Shown here: positions 9,812 through 20,387 of the stretch, piece after piece
How positions within the stretch are numbered: position 1 is the stretch's first letter
Layout of the letters: each line of letters begins with the position of its first letter
Source: an uncultured Bacteroides sp.
Lineage (GTDB): Bacteria > Bacteroidota > Bacteroidia > Bacteroidales > Bacteroidaceae
DNA: 64,000 nucleotides
Assembly: GCA_947074195.1 (NCBI GenBank)
Contig: CAMTOS010000004.1
Span: forward strand, 481 to 64,480
Direction: 5' to 3'
Made by a program: the position numbers and the translations under genes
The notes under the pieces: model-generated
Databases searched by the model: none
Seen by the model: the letters and a program-made list of their open reading frames with translations, nothing else
Told to the model about the DNA's origin: nothing

Positions 9812-10633
9812 ATGAATCTGATTAAATATATTATAGTTCTGGTTGTATTTGGCTTTTCTTCGCTGACTTACGCTCAGGATACCATAATCGAGGAAGCTCC
9901 GCAGGATATTGAATTGAATGATGTCGAATATCTTGTTCCGGTGACCATAAATAAAGCAATGGCCGATAGTGCATATATTAATAATGATTTTGCTGGTGCA
10001 GCTCAGCTTTATGAGCAACTATTGCTTGATGGAGAAGCTGCTGATGTTTATTACAATTTAGGTAATAGCTATTATAAATCTGATGAAATTGCAAAAGCTA
10101 TTCTGAATTATGAGCGTGCACTTCTGTTAGAACCGGGAAATGCTGATATCCGCTTTAATCTTGAAATGGCTCGTGCACGTGCCATTGATAAAGTTGATGA
10201 AACGCCGGAGATTTTCTTTGTGACATGGGTGAACTCGTTAATTAATATGCATAGCGTAAACAGCTGGGCAATTTGCGGAATCGTATTTTTCATACTCCTC
10301 ATCGGATCGCTTTATTTCTTTATTTTCTCTAATAAAGTATTGATCAAGAAGATCGGATTTTTTAGTGGTATATGCTTTCTGACAATGGTCATATTATCTA
10401 ATATTTTTGCATCACATCAAAAACATCGATTGATTGACAGAGATAATGCTGTTGTTGTTCGCCCGAGCGTAACTGTAAGGAGCACTCCAAGTGATTCGGG
10501 TACAAGTTTGTTTATGCTTCACGAGGGACGAAAAGTAGAGGTGAAAGACAACTCTATGCGCGAATGGAAAGAAATCAAACTTGAAGATGGTAAAGTTGGG
10601 TGGGTTCCGGCTTCGGCAATCGAGATTATCTAA
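9812..10633 (+). CDS. batE: BatE, TPR + SH3 protein
   Basis: TPR (YYNLGNSYYK...AILNYERAL), two TMs, C-terminal SH3b (LHEGRKVEV...WKEIKLEDGKVGWV). Confidence 0.92.
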   Translation: MNLIKYIIVLVVFGFSSLTYAQDTIIEEAPQDIELNDVEYLVPVTINKAMADSAYINNDFAGAAQLYEQLLLDGEAADVYYNLGNSYYKSDEIAKAILNYERALLLEPGNADIRFNLEMARARAIDKVDETPEIFFVTWVNSLINMHSVNSWAICGIVFFILLIGSLYFFIFSNKVLIKKIGFFSGICFLTMVILSNIFASHQKHRLIDRDNAVVVRPSVTVRSTPSDSGTSLFMLHEGRKVEVKDNSMREWKEIKLEDGKVGWVPASAIEII

Positions 10634-10657
10634 AATATAAAGTTTAAAATATCTGAG

Positions 10658-10700
10658 CTGCAATATTCACTACCTGTATGGTGTGAATATTGCAGTTTTT
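10658..10700 (+). terminator. Rho-independent terminator of the bat operon
   Basis: 13-bp stem CTGCAATATTCAC / GTGAATATTGCAG followed by a T-rich tail. Confidence 0.85.
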
Positions 10701-10770
10701 CTTTTTAATAAAGAACTATTACTTCCGGAATGAGTTTATATCTAACAGATAATTAAATAAACGGAAGAAT

Positions 10771-11133
10771 ATGGTTCAGATTAATTTAAAAAGAGTTTAT
10801 GATGGTATTTCCTCAGATGATGGTAAATGCTTTTTGGTGGATCGTTTATGGCCACGCGGAATCAGCAAAATAGAATTAGAAGGTGTTGAATGGGAAAAAG
10901 AAATTGCCCCTTCAAGCGAACTAAGAGAATGGTTTCATGAAAATCCTGATCAGAGATGGCCTGATTTTGAAAAGAAATATAAGCAGGAATTACAAGCGAA
11001 TCCGGATTTTACTTCTTTTGTCGATCAGATCAGTAAATATACGAAAGTGACTTTTCTATATGCTGCAAAAGATGAGACACATAATAATGCTTTCTTTCTA
11101 AAAGGATATATTGAAAGTATACTACATAAATAA
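10771..11133 (+). CDS. DUF488 / YeaO family protein
   Basis: KRVYD...LVDRLWPRGISK...WEKEIAPSSELREWF; LYAAKDETHNNA. Confidence 0.9.
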   Translation: MVQINLKRVYDGISSDDGKCFLVDRLWPRGISKIELEGVEWEKEIAPSSELREWFHENPDQRWPDFEKKYKQELQANPDFTSFVDQISKYTKVTFLYAAKDETHNNAFFLKGYIESILHK

Positions 11134-11220
11134 TTGCTTCTTCTTCAATCTGATGGGAGTAAAAGTTTGCAGGTTATCCGTTGTAATATAGATGAAGTAT
11201 TGCCAGGCTATCTGCAATTT

Positions 11221-11308
11221 ACTGCATAAGGTTTGGCAAGAAACTGCATAAGGTTTGGCAAGATATTGCAAAAGGCTTGGCAAAGAATTGCAAAAGGCTT
11301 GGCAGCAA
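11221..11308. repeat. Intergenic tandem array, 4 x 22 bp
   Basis: Units actgcataaggtttggcaagaa / actgcataaggtttggcaagat / attgcaaaaggcttggcaaaga / attgcaaaaggcttggcagcaa. Confidence 0.9.
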
Positions 11309-11428
11309 ACCAAATTAAAAGGCATCAAATAGCTTTATACACTGCCGTTTTGACCACTTTTTTAGATTACATCCTTTATTTTCATTTTAAATAATTATAC
11401 CTTTGCTGTAACAACTTCAAAACGACTA

Positions 11429-12664
11429 ATGAATATGAAATATAAATTATTAGTTCTTGATGTAGACGGAACGTTACTAAATAGTTCGAATGAAATTAGT
11501 AAACGTACAAAAGCTGCTATACTGAAGATTCAGCAAATGGGTGTTCGGATTGTATTGGCTTCTGGTCGTCCTACATATGGATTATTACCTATTGCCAAGG
11601 ATTTGAATATAGGTAATTATGGTGGCTATATTTTATCTTACAATGGTTGTCAGATTATTTCTGCACAAGATGGTAAGGTAATTTTCGAACGTCGCATTAA
11701 TCCAGAAATGCTTCCTTATCTTGAACGTAAAGCCCATAAGAGTGGTTTCCCAATTCTTACCTATCATGATGATGTTTTAATTACTGATACCGCTGATAAT
11801 AAGCATATTGAAAAGGAGGCTAAACTCAATGATTTAAAGATTGTTGTAGAGCCTAACTTCTCGATCGCTCTTGACTTTGCCCCTTGTAAATGTATGCTTG
11901 TCAGCGACGATGAAGATGCTTTAATTGATTTGCAGGAACACTGGAGTAAACGTTTGAGTGGTGCAATGGATGTATTTCGCTCAGAGAAATATTTCCTTGA
12001 AATTGTGCCTTGTGGAATCGATAAAGCCACTACTTTAAGTGCTTTATTAGAGCATTTGTCTGTTTCTTCGGATGAAGTTGTTGCTATTGGTGATGGAGTG
12101 TGTGATGTATCTATGCTTCAGACGGCCGGTTTAAGTATTGCAATGGGTAATGCGCAACAATCTGTAAAAGTTTGTGCTGATGAAGTTACTGCTTCCAATG
12201 ATGAAGATGGAGTTGCTCTTGTCATCGAAAATCTTTTATCAGAGGTTCGTCCGCACGAAGTTTCTGTAAGGGAGTTGAACCGGAGCTCAAAAGATACGCT
12301 GGTGGGTCATTTGGGTATTCAGTATACCTATGTTTCTGAAGAAAGAATTGAAGCTACGATGCCAGTTGATTATGGTACACGACAACCTTTTGGTATTTTG
12401 CACGGTGGCGCCACTCTTGCGTTGGCTGAAACTGTTGCAGGCTTAGGTTCTATGCTTATCTGCAAACCCGATGAACTTGCTTTTGGAGTTCAGGTTAGTG
12501 GTAACCACATATCTTCTGCCCATGAAGGTGATACGGTTCGTGCGGTAGGAACTTTAGTCCATAAAGGTCGTTCCACTCACGTATGGAATATTGATATATT
12601 TACATCAACTGCAAAATTGGTATCAACAGTCAGAGTCGTTAATAGCATAATAAAGAAAGGATGA
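11429..12664 (+). CDS. Cof-type HAD-IIB hydrolase fused to a C-terminal hotdog thioesterase (probable DHNA-CoA thioesterase, MenI-like)
   Basis: HAD motifs DVDGTLL, ASGR, AIGDG. C-terminal QPFGILHGGATLALAET hotdog motif. First gene of the men operon. Confidence 0.88.
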   Translation: MNMKYKLLVLDVDGTLLNSSNEISKRTKAAILKIQQMGVRIVLASGRPTYGLLPIAKDLNIGNYGGYILSYNGCQIISAQDGKVIFERRINPEMLPYLERKAHKSGFPILTYHDDVLITDTADNKHIEKEAKLNDLKIVVEPNFSIALDFAPCKCMLVSDDEDALIDLQEHWSKRLSGAMDVFRSEKYFLEIVPCGIDKATTLSALLEHLSVSSDEVVAIGDGVCDVSMLQTAGLSIAMGNAQQSVKVCADEVTASNDEDGVALVIENLLSEVRPHEVSVRELNRSSKDTLVGHLGIQYTYVSEERIEATMPVDYGTRQPFGILHGGATLALAETVAGLGSMLICKPDELAFGVQVSGNHISSAHEGDTVRAVGTLVHKGRSTHVWNIDIFTSTAKLVSTVRVVNSIIKKG

Positions 12665-13740
12665 ACCTAAATACAGAAGATTCGCTTTCTTTTCATCAAT
12701 ATTTAAAATCCGGTATTCCTTTTGCATATTTCAGGTTACCGGGTGATTCTCATATTCATTTTATTGCTCAAAGCGACACAAAATTATATACAACACAAAA
12801 TCTGGATGATCTTAATGGTCAGGAAGGTTTTGTTGTTGCGCCTTTTTCTGCAGATTCTGCTTCTCCGGTTTGTTTGATAAGAGCTGACATCCGTGAAAAA
12901 TACAACTGTCAAATGGCTCCTCAGAATGCAAGTTTTGCATCAGCCAAAATCGTTGATATTGCAAATGATTACAGTGAGAAGTTCGATTTGTTTCGTAAGG
13001 CATTAATAACCGGTGAGTTTGATAAGCTTGTTCTTTCAAGAAAACAGGAGCATAATATCCCAACATCATTTAATATATGGGATAGTTTTATAAAGGCTTG
13101 TCAGATTTATCCGAATTCATATATTTATCTTTTATACACTCCTCAGACCGGCTTGTGGATGGGGAGTTCTCCCGAGATTCTTCTCTCTGGTTATCAGGGG
13201 AAATGGCGAACAGTAGCTTTGGCCGGTACGCAATCTTTAAAAGAAGATTCATCATTTCTTACCTGGGATAATAAAAATATGGAAGAACAGAAATATGTTT
13301 CTTCCTATATTCGCCGGCAGTTAAATAGCATCAATATTGATCCGGTAGAAAACGGGCCTTATTCTGTCAATGCAGGTAAATTAGTTCATTTACGTACTGA
13401 TTTTGAGTTTAAAGTTACCGATCCGACCAAATTAGGTGCTTTACTGAAATTATTGCATCCAACCCCTGCGGTATGTGGTTTGCCTAAAGAAGATGCTTAT
13501 GACTTTATCTTAAAAAATGAAGGGTATAATCGAAAATACTATTCGGGTTTTATTGGTGAACTCCAACCCGATGGAATAACCAATCTATATGTCAATTTAC
13601 GTTGTCTATCCCTGGATAATGATAAACTAACGCTTTATGCTGGTGGTGGTTTACTAGCCGCATCAGAAAAAGAGGATGAATGGATTGAAACTGAGAAGAA
13701 AATGTGTACCATGTTGAACATCATAAATAATGAATATTAA
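12661..13740 (+). CDS. menF: Isochorismate synthase
   Basis: [47 protein letters not shown] (chorismate-binding domain). Confidence 0.92.
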   Translation: MNLNTEDSLSFHQYLKSGIPFAYFRLPGDSHIHFIAQSDTKLYTTQNLDDLNGQEGFVVAPFSADSASPVCLIRADIREKYNCQMAPQNASFASAKIVDIANDYSEKFDLFRKALITGEFDKLVLSRKQEHNIPTSFNIWDSFIKACQIYPNSYIYLLYTPQTGLWMGSSPEILLSGYQGKWRTVALAGTQSLKEDSSFLTWDNKNMEEQKYVSSYIRRQLNSINIDPVENGPYSVNAGKLVHLRTDFEFKVTDPTKLGALLKLLHPTPAVCGLPKEDAYDFILKNEGYNRKYYSGFIGELQPDGITNLYVNLRCLSLDNDKLTLYAGGGLLAASEKEDEWIETEKKMCTMLNIINNEY

Positions 13741-13742
13741 TT

Positions 13743-15410
13743 ATGTATAGCGATAAAAAAAATATTCTGGAACTGGTTGCACTCCTTGAGGCACATGAAA
13801 TAAAGAAGATTGTTTTATGTCCCGGTAGCAGGAATGCACCTATTGTACATACACTAACGCAGCACTCTTATTTTGAATGCTATCAGATTACCGATGAGCG
13901 TTCTGCTGGATTTTATGCCATTGGTCTTGCTCTGAACGGAGGCTGTAAAGTGGCTGTGTGTTGTACTTCCGGATCGGCTGTAGCCAATCTGCATCCGGCC
14001 GTTTGCGAGGCTTTTTATCAGCAAGTCCCGTTATTGTTTATCACTGCTGACAGACCTGCTGCATGGATCGGACAAATGGATGGTCAGACCATGCCTCAAC
14101 CCGGTATTTTTGGTAATATGGTGAAATGTGCCGTTAACTTGCCCGAAATTTATACGCCGGAAGATGAATGGTACTGCAACCGATTGATTAATGAAGCCAT
14201 TCTCGAAACTTCTCATCGTGGAAATGGACCGGTACATATCAATATACCAGTGACCGAACCACTTTTTCAGTTTACCACTGAGTCTCTTCCTGAAGCAAGA
14301 GTAATCACAAGATATCAGGGTTTAAATCTATATGATCGCGAGTATCAACCATTAATAGACAAACTGAATAAATATCAGAAACGCATGATGGTTGTTGGAC
14401 AAATGAATCTGATTTATTTGTTTGAAAAACGTGAGATTAAATCCTTGTATAAGAAGTTTACATGGTTAACCGAGCATCTGAGCAATCGTACTATTCCGGG
14501 AATGGCAATAAAGAACTTCGATGCTGCCATCTATTCTATGGACGATGAGCAGAAAGAGAAGTTTGCTCCTGAACTGGTCATTACTTATGGCGGTCATATT
14601 GTCTCTAAAAGATTAAAACAATATCTGCGTAATATTCCAAATCTGGAACACTGGCATGTTTCGGCCGATGGAGAAATCGTAGATTTGTTTGGTAAGCTTA
14701 CCACCGTTATCGAAATGAATCCATTTGAATTTATGGAACGCATTTCTGTATTGATGGATAATCGTACTCCACAATTTCCTTTAGTGTGGGAGAATTATTG
14801 CAAGCAACTGCCTAAACCCGATTTCGCCTATTCAGAAATGTCAGCTATCGGAGATTTAATACAAAATCTTCCTGCTGAAAGTGTACTTCATCTGGCCAAT
14901 AGCTCGACGGTGAGATATGCACAGCTCTATCAATTTCCCGATACAGTTGAAGTATGCTGCAACCGCGGAATAAATGGAATTGAAGGAACTTTGTCATCGG
15001 CCTTAGGGTATGCATCAGGTTCAGATAAACTGAATTTCATTGTCATTGGCGATTTGAGTTTCTTCTATGGGATGAATGGACTGTGGGGAAATAACACAAA
15101 ACCAAATGTCAGAATACTTCTGTTAAATAATGGCGGAGGTGAAATATTCCATACTTTGCCGGGACTTGAGATGTCTGGTACATCACATAAATATATTACG
15201 GGAGTTCATCACACTTCTGCAAAAGGGTGGGTAGAATCATTAGGATTTACCTATTTGCGTGCCGATAATGAAGATGAATTACAGGCAGGTATGACCGATT
15301 TTATGAAATCAGAGGGCATAGAATCTCCAATCGTATTAGAGGTATTTACCAATAAGAACAAAGATGCCCGTATATTGAAAGATTATTATAAGAATTTAAA
15401 AACAAGATAA
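13743..15410 (+). CDS. menD: SEPHCHC synthase
   Basis: [46 protein letters not shown]. Confidence 0.96.
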   Translation: MYSDKKNILELVALLEAHEIKKIVLCPGSRNAPIVHTLTQHSYFECYQITDERSAGFYAIGLALNGGCKVAVCCTSGSAVANLHPAVCEAFYQQVPLLFITADRPAAWIGQMDGQTMPQPGIFGNMVKCAVNLPEIYTPEDEWYCNRLINEAILETSHRGNGPVHINIPVTEPLFQFTTESLPEARVITRYQGLNLYDREYQPLIDKLNKYQKRMMVVGQMNLIYLFEKREIKSLYKKFTWLTEHLSNRTIPGMAIKNFDAAIYSMDDEQKEKFAPELVITYGGHIVSKRLKQYLRNIPNLEHWHVSADGEIVDLFGKLTTVIEMNPFEFMERISVLMDNRTPQFPLVWENYCKQLPKPDFAYSEMSAIGDLIQNLPAESVLHLANSSTVRYAQLYQFPDTVEVCCNRGINGIEGTLSSALGYASGSDKLNFIVIGDLSFFYGMNGLWGNNTKPNVRILLLNNGGGEIFHTLPGLEMSGTSHKYITGVHHTSAKGWVESLGFTYLRADNEDELQAGMTDFMKSEGIESPIVLEVFTNKNKDARILKDYYKNLKTR

Positions 15411-15411
15411 G

Positions 15412-16239
15412 ATGGAAACAACTCAAAGAGAATGGACTACCATTAAGGAATATGAAGATATATTGTTCGATTACTATAATGGTATTGCCCGTATAACTAT
15501 AAACCGCGAACGCTATCGCAACGCTTTTACTCCTACAACTACTGCAGAAATGAGCGATGCACTTCGCATTTGTCGCGAAGAACAGGATATTTGTGTTGTG
15601 GTCTTAACCGGTGCAGGTGATAAGGCTTTTTGCAGTGGAGGTGATCAGAATGTAAAAGGACATGGAGGCTATATCGATAAGAATGGCATTCCACGTTTAA
15701 GTGTGCTTGATGTGCAGAAACAAATCCGCAGCATTCCTAAACCCGTGATTGCTGCTGTAAATGGTTTTGCCATTGGTGGTGGGCATGTTTTGCATGTGGT
15801 TTGCGATCTTTCAATTGCATCTGAGAATGCAATCTTTGGTCAGACAGGCCCACGTGTAGGTAGTTTCGATGCAGGTTTCGGTTCTTCTTATCTGGCTCGC
15901 GTAGTGGGACAAAAGAAAGCGCGTGAAATCTGGTTCCTTTGCCGTAAGTATAATGCGCAGGAGGCATTAGATATGGGATTAATAAATACGATTGTTCCTC
16001 TTGAAAAACTGGAAGATGAGTATGTACAGTGGGCAGAAGAAATGATGCAACTTAGTCCGCTCGCTCTTCGCATGATTAAAGCCGGTTTAAATGCCGAACT
16101 CGATGGTCAGGCTGGTATTCAGGAGTTGGCTGGTGATGCAACTATGCTTTATTATATGACGGAAGAAGCGCATGAAGGAAAAACTGCTTTCCTTGAAAAG
16201 CGTAAACCCGACTTCAAGAAATTTCCTAAAATGCCATAA
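15412..16239 (+). CDS. menB: 1,4-dihydroxy-2-naphthoyl-CoA synthase
   Basis: [45 protein letters not shown]. Confidence 0.98.
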   Translation: METTQREWTTIKEYEDILFDYYNGIARITINRERYRNAFTPTTTAEMSDALRICREEQDICVVVLTGAGDKAFCSGGDQNVKGHGGYIDKNGIPRLSVLDVQKQIRSIPKPVIAAVNGFAIGGGHVLHVVCDLSIASENAIFGQTGPRVGSFDAGFGSSYLARVVGQKKAREIWFLCRKYNAQEALDMGLINTIVPLEKLEDEYVQWAEEMMQLSPLALRMIKAGLNAELDGQAGIQELAGDATMLYYMTEEAHEGKTAFLEKRKPDFKKFPKMP

Positions 16240-16283
16240 GGTATTTTAGAATAGATAATAATATCGCTTATATTTAAATCTCT

Positions 16284-17312
16284 ATGGATTATTCGTATTA
16301 TATTTCGCCATATCGATTAATTTTCAAAAAGCCGGCAGGAACTTCGCGCGGCGTTTATCATAAACGTGATGTCTGGTACATTTATCTTACCTCTGATAAA
16401 TATCCGGGGCGCGTCGGAATAGGGGAGTGTGCGCCATTGCCAAATCTTAGTTGCGATGATGTCCCTGAATATGAAGATCTGCTCCATGCTTATTGTGAAA
16501 AATTCTGCGAAACAGGACAAATCGATTATAAAGAACTTATGCAGTTCCCTTCTATTCTTTTTGGTATTGAAACCGCTTTGACGCATTTAGAAACAGGAAG
16601 TCTGGCATTTTACAATACTCCATTCGCACATTCTGAAGCTGGGATCCCAATTAACGGTTTGATATGGATGGGCGATTATCAATCCATGTATCAGCAAATA
16701 GAAAGTAAGCTTGCCGAAGGGTTTCATTGCATCAAATTAAAGATTGGGGCTATTGATTTCGCAGAAGAGTTGGAACTGATACGATTAATCCGTGAACGAT
16801 ATACGGAAAAAGATATTGAGATTCGTCTCGATGCCAATGGTGCTTTCCCTACAGACAGTGCGCTTCATCGTCTTAATGAATTGGCTAAATATGATATTCA
16901 TTCCATTGAGCAACCTATTGCAGCCGGTCAATGGAGTCAGATGGCGGCTTTGGTAAAGAATTCACCTATCCCCATTGCTCTCGATGAAGAATTGATAGGC
17001 ATAACTCATTTGCCCGATAAAAAACACCTTCTTGATGAGATACATCCTCATTATATTATACTTAAACCCTCGTTGCATGGCGGAATATCTGGTTCTGATG
17101 AATGGATAAAACTAGCCGATGAACGGGATATTAAATGGTGGATTACCTCTGCCCTTGAATCGAATATCGGTTTAAATGCCATCGCTCAATATTGTGCTTC
17201 ACTTAATAATGCATTACCACAAGGGCTGGGAACAGGGGCATTATATATCAATAATATAGAATCTCCACTCTATATGAGTCATTCGAGTCTGTGGTTTGAT
17301 ATCAGGCGTTAA
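16284..17312 (+). CDS. menC: o-succinylbenzoate synthase
   Basis: Enolase-superfamily motifs KLKIG, RLDANG, IEQP, ALDE, ILKP, QGLGTG; men operon context. Confidence 0.93.
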   Translation: MDYSYYISPYRLIFKKPAGTSRGVYHKRDVWYIYLTSDKYPGRVGIGECAPLPNLSCDDVPEYEDLLHAYCEKFCETGQIDYKELMQFPSILFGIETALTHLETGSLAFYNTPFAHSEAGIPINGLIWMGDYQSMYQQIESKLAEGFHCIKLKIGAIDFAEELELIRLIRERYTEKDIEIRLDANGAFPTDSALHRLNELAKYDIHSIEQPIAAGQWSQMAALVKNSPIPIALDEELIGITHLPDKKHLLDEIHPHYIILKPSLHGGISGSDEWIKLADERDIKWWITSALESNIGLNAIAQYCASLNNALPQGLGTGALYINNIESPLYMSHSSLWFDIRR

Positions 17313-17327
17313 AACTTTCTGCAGATT

Positions 17328-18404
17328 ATGAAAAAGCAATCTATCATTATAAACGGGACATTATATTCTGTAAAGACTTTATCCGGATTAATCTCTAATT
17401 TATCAGATGCCGATAAAGAAATCGGTATGGAGGTTTATCATTTTCTGCTGGAATGGTTTAATGAAAATCCAACAATCACTGTCAGGACTTCAGGATCAAC
17501 AGGCACTCCTAAACAAATGGAAGTGCGTAAAGATAATATGATGAACAGTGCCCGTTTAACGTGCGATTTTCTGAACTTAAACCCCGGAGATTCAGCCTTG
17601 CTTTGTATGTCAGTACAATATATAGCCGGCAAAATGATGGTTGTCCGCGCTCTTGTGGGTGGTTTAAACCTGATGATCGAAACACCTTCTGGATATCCCC
17701 TTAAGCGCATAGATCAGCAAATTGATTTCGCGGCAATGGTGCCGATGCAAATCTATAATAGTTTGCGAGACCCTATTGAGAAGAAACGATTAATGAACAT
17801 AAAAACTCTAATCATTGGGGGTGGTGCGATTAATGAAGAAATGGAAGCTGAATTAATAGATTTTCCAAACGCTGTTTATTCTACATACGGCATGACCGAA
17901 ACGCTTTCACATATAGCTTTACGCCGCTTAAATGGTAATTATAGATCAGAATACTACCATCCATTTTCATCAGTTACACTATCTTTATCATCCGATCAGA
18001 CTTTAATTATTGATGCGCCACTGGTTTGTAATGAACATCTGATAACCAACGATGTGGCTGATCTTAGACCCGATTCCTCTTTTCGTATTCTGGGACGAAA
18101 AGATAATGTCATTAATAGTGGAGGGATAAAAATTCAGATAGAAGAAGTTGAAAAGTTACTTACGCCTTTAATTCGTGCTCCTTTCGCCATAACTTATCGA
18201 AAAGACTCTCTTCTGGGACAGGCTGTTGTTTTATTAGTTGCCAAACTTAATACTGATATTGAAGATATATCTTCTGCGCTTTCACAACTACCTAAATACT
18301 GGCAACCTCGTAGAATTATATATGTCGATGAGATTCCCTTAACTGAAACATCTAAAATAAACAGAGCTGCCTGCCATCTACAGGCTGAAGATAACAATCA
18401 TTAA
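17328..18404 (+). CDS. menE: o-succinylbenzoate-CoA ligase
   Basis: TSGSTGTPK, YGMTETLSH, GRKDNVINSGGIKI; men operon context. Confidence 0.92.
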   Translation: MKKQSIIINGTLYSVKTLSGLISNLSDADKEIGMEVYHFLLEWFNENPTITVRTSGSTGTPKQMEVRKDNMMNSARLTCDFLNLNPGDSALLCMSVQYIAGKMMVVRALVGGLNLMIETPSGYPLKRIDQQIDFAAMVPMQIYNSLRDPIEKKRLMNIKTLIIGGGAINEEMEAELIDFPNAVYSTYGMTETLSHIALRRLNGNYRSEYYHPFSSVTLSLSSDQTLIIDAPLVCNEHLITNDVADLRPDSSFRILGRKDNVINSGGIKIQIEEVEKLLTPLIRAPFAITYRKDSLLGQAVVLLVAKLNTDIEDISSALSQLPKYWQPRRIIYVDEIPLTETSKINRAACHLQAEDNNH

Positions 18405-18554
18405 TCTTTCTGTTTCTTTAATTTTTGACAGAACATTCAATAATTTGTATCTTTGATGCATTAAGTATACCGTTTATACTTTCAAATTCACTTTATTACT
18501 CACATACATCTCAGGGCAATACATTGCTTTGCAGACTTAAAAAATCAATATAAT

Positions 18555-19157
18555 ATGTTTTCCGGAATCGTAGAAGAATATGCCGTATTAACAGGCCTGG
18601 TAAAAGAGCAAGAGAATATTCATTTTACTTTTAAATGTTCTTTTGTTGATGAATTGAAGATTGATCAGAGTATTTCGCACAATGGCGTTTGCCTTACCGT
18701 AGTGGCTCTGACAGAAGAAACCTATACAGTTACTGCCATGAAAGAAACCCTTGAATGTTCAAATCTTGGTACGCTTGTGATTGGCGATAAAGTAAACATT
18801 GAGCGTAGTATGATGATGAACGGGCGTTTAGATGGTCATATTGTACAGGGACATGTCGATCAGACTGCAAAGTGTATTGCTATTGATGATGCAGAAGGCA
18901 GCTGGTATTTTACTTTTGAATATGCTTTTGATAAAGAAATGGCAAAACGTGGTTATCTTACGGTAGATAAAGGTTCGGTAACAGTGAATGGCGTTAGTCT
19001 GACTGTATGCAATCCTACTGAAAATACTTTCCAGGTGGCTATTATACCATATACTTTTGAGCATACCAATTTCCATACTTTCAAAGTTGACAGCATTGTA
19101 AATCTTGAATTTGATATTATTGGTAAATATCTTAGCCGTATGGCAGCTTATAAATAA
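18555..19157 (+). CDS. ribE: Riboflavin synthase (alpha chain)
   Basis: MFSGIVEE N-terminus, SHNGVCLTV, GHIVQGHVD, VNLEFD. Confidence 0.96.
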   Translation: MFSGIVEEYAVLTGLVKEQENIHFTFKCSFVDELKIDQSISHNGVCLTVVALTEETYTVTAMKETLECSNLGTLVIGDKVNIERSMMMNGRLDGHIVQGHVDQTAKCIAIDDAEGSWYFTFEYAFDKEMAKRGYLTVDKGSVTVNGVSLTVCNPTENTFQVAIIPYTFEHTNFHTFKVDSIVNLEFDIIGKYLSRMAAYK

Positions 19158-19168
19158 GAAAAGGATTT

Positions 19169-19720
19169 ATGGAAAAAACGAATTTGGATTTTCTTGAACT
19201 GGTAAAATCGCGTCAAAGCGACCGTTCATTCGACAAGATTAAAGAAGTTGAAGCCGATAAACTGGAACGTATCATCGAAGCAGCTTGTCTGGCTCCTTCG
19301 GCTTGTAACGCCCAACCATGGCATTTTGTAGTAGTCACTGATAAAGATATTACCGAAAAGATAGGTAAGGCTACTGCGAGCTTTGGAATGAATAAATTTG
19401 CTAAAGATGCTCCTGTACATATCCTTATTACAGAAGAATCGGCCAATGTAACTTCATTTATTGGTGCTAAACTAAAAGATAAGTACTTTCCTTTGATTGA
19501 TATTGGTATAGCAGCAGCACACATTGCCCTTGCAGCCGAGAGCGAAGGTCTGGGTTCATGCATCTTAGGTTGGTTTGACGAACCTGAGATAAAGAAGCTT
19601 GCCGGAATACCTTCTTCAAAGCGATTATTGCTCGATATTGTGATCGGATATCCTACAAAGGATAAAAGAAAGAAAATCAGAAAGAATAAAGATAAGATTG
19701 TCTCTTACAATAAGTATTGA
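19169..19720 (+). CDS. Nitroreductase family protein
   Basis: RQSDRSF, APSACNAQPW, ESEGLGSCILG. Confidence 0.9.
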   Translation: MEKTNLDFLELVKSRQSDRSFDKIKEVEADKLERIIEAACLAPSACNAQPWHFVVVTDKDITEKIGKATASFGMNKFAKDAPVHILITEESANVTSFIGAKLKDKYFPLIDIGIAAAHIALAAESEGLGSCILGWFDEPEIKKLAGIPSSKRLLLDIVIGYPTKDKRKKIRKNKDKIVSYNKY

Positions 19721-19735
19721 AGGCGGCAGTAAAAT

Positions 19736-19776
19736 AAAAAACAGGATGTAATCGTTAAGAGTACATCCTGTTTTTT
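19736..19776. terminator. Bidirectional terminator between convergent genes
   Basis: AAAAAACAGGATGTA / TACATCCTGTTTTTT 15-bp inverted repeat. Confidence 0.88.
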
Positions 19777-19811
19777 TGTCCATATTATTATAAACCAGAA
19801 TTTATATTATG

Positions 19812-20222
19812 TTACTCACCAATATCAGGTTTCTTGAATTCAAAGTTTTCTGATGGCAATGGTTGAATAACAAGATTCTTGTTCTTTTTATATTTTGCAA
19901 TGAGCTTTGTCTGTTCCTTTTCTAATTTCTTTCTGGTAGTCGAAAAGTAAATCATACAAATACGGTTCTGTTCATTCATTTCCTGTTCGAAATGATTTTT
20001 CAGCTGATAGCTATATAAATCTCTGTTAGGCAGAAAACCGTTATGATCGGTATATACCTCATCTAATAACTGAATAGGTGTGTAATATACGATAGAATCG
20101 GTAAAAGAGGCTGCAACACCAAATGCATAAACTTTCTTTGGTTCACTTTTCTTTTTTGCTGAAGCCACCGAACTAAGTGCGAACACTAACACAAGGGTAA
20201 TAAGTATTTTTGCGTATTTCAT
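19812..20222 (-). CDS. Secreted hypothetical protein
   Basis: Signal peptide MKYAKILITLVLVFALSSVASA; 136 aa; no motif recognised. Confidence 0.75.
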   Translation of the reverse strand: MKYAKILITLVLVFALSSVASAKKKSEPKKVYAFGVAASFTDSIVYYTPIQLLDEVYTDHNGFLPNRDLYSYQLKNHFEQEMNEQNRICMIYFSTTRKKLEKEQTKLIAKYKKNKNLVIQPLPSENFEFKKPDIGE

Positions 20223-20330
20223 TACTTTGATATTTTAGGACAGCAAATATAAAAAAAAATCTTCGGTTACCATTATATTGCTACATAATAGAATAAAAAC
20301 ATTTCAATTTCGGTGCTGTTCTCTGAAAAT

Positions 20331-20364
20331 AAAAAAGCAGCATAAGATTAATCTTACGCTGCTT
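20331..20364 (-). terminator. Terminator of rpoD
   Basis: Minus strand AAGCAGCGTAAGAT-ta-ATCTTATGCTGCTT followed by a T run. Confidence 0.8.
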
Positions 20365-20387
20365 CAGTATATTTCTTATAAAATGTA

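Noticed and set aside
11221-11308. Possible CRISPR array
   Set aside because: The units are contiguous 22-mers with no unique spacers, and there are no cas genes in the window. Kept as a tandem repeat.
11122-11328. 68-aa ORF on the minus strand
   Set aside because: It is a translation of the 22-bp repeat array (QTLC/QAFC periodicity) and has no promoter or RBS support.
18405-18554. FMN riboswitch upstream of riboflavin synthase
   Set aside because: The leader is short and AT-rich, and lacks the conserved FMN-aptamer motifs.
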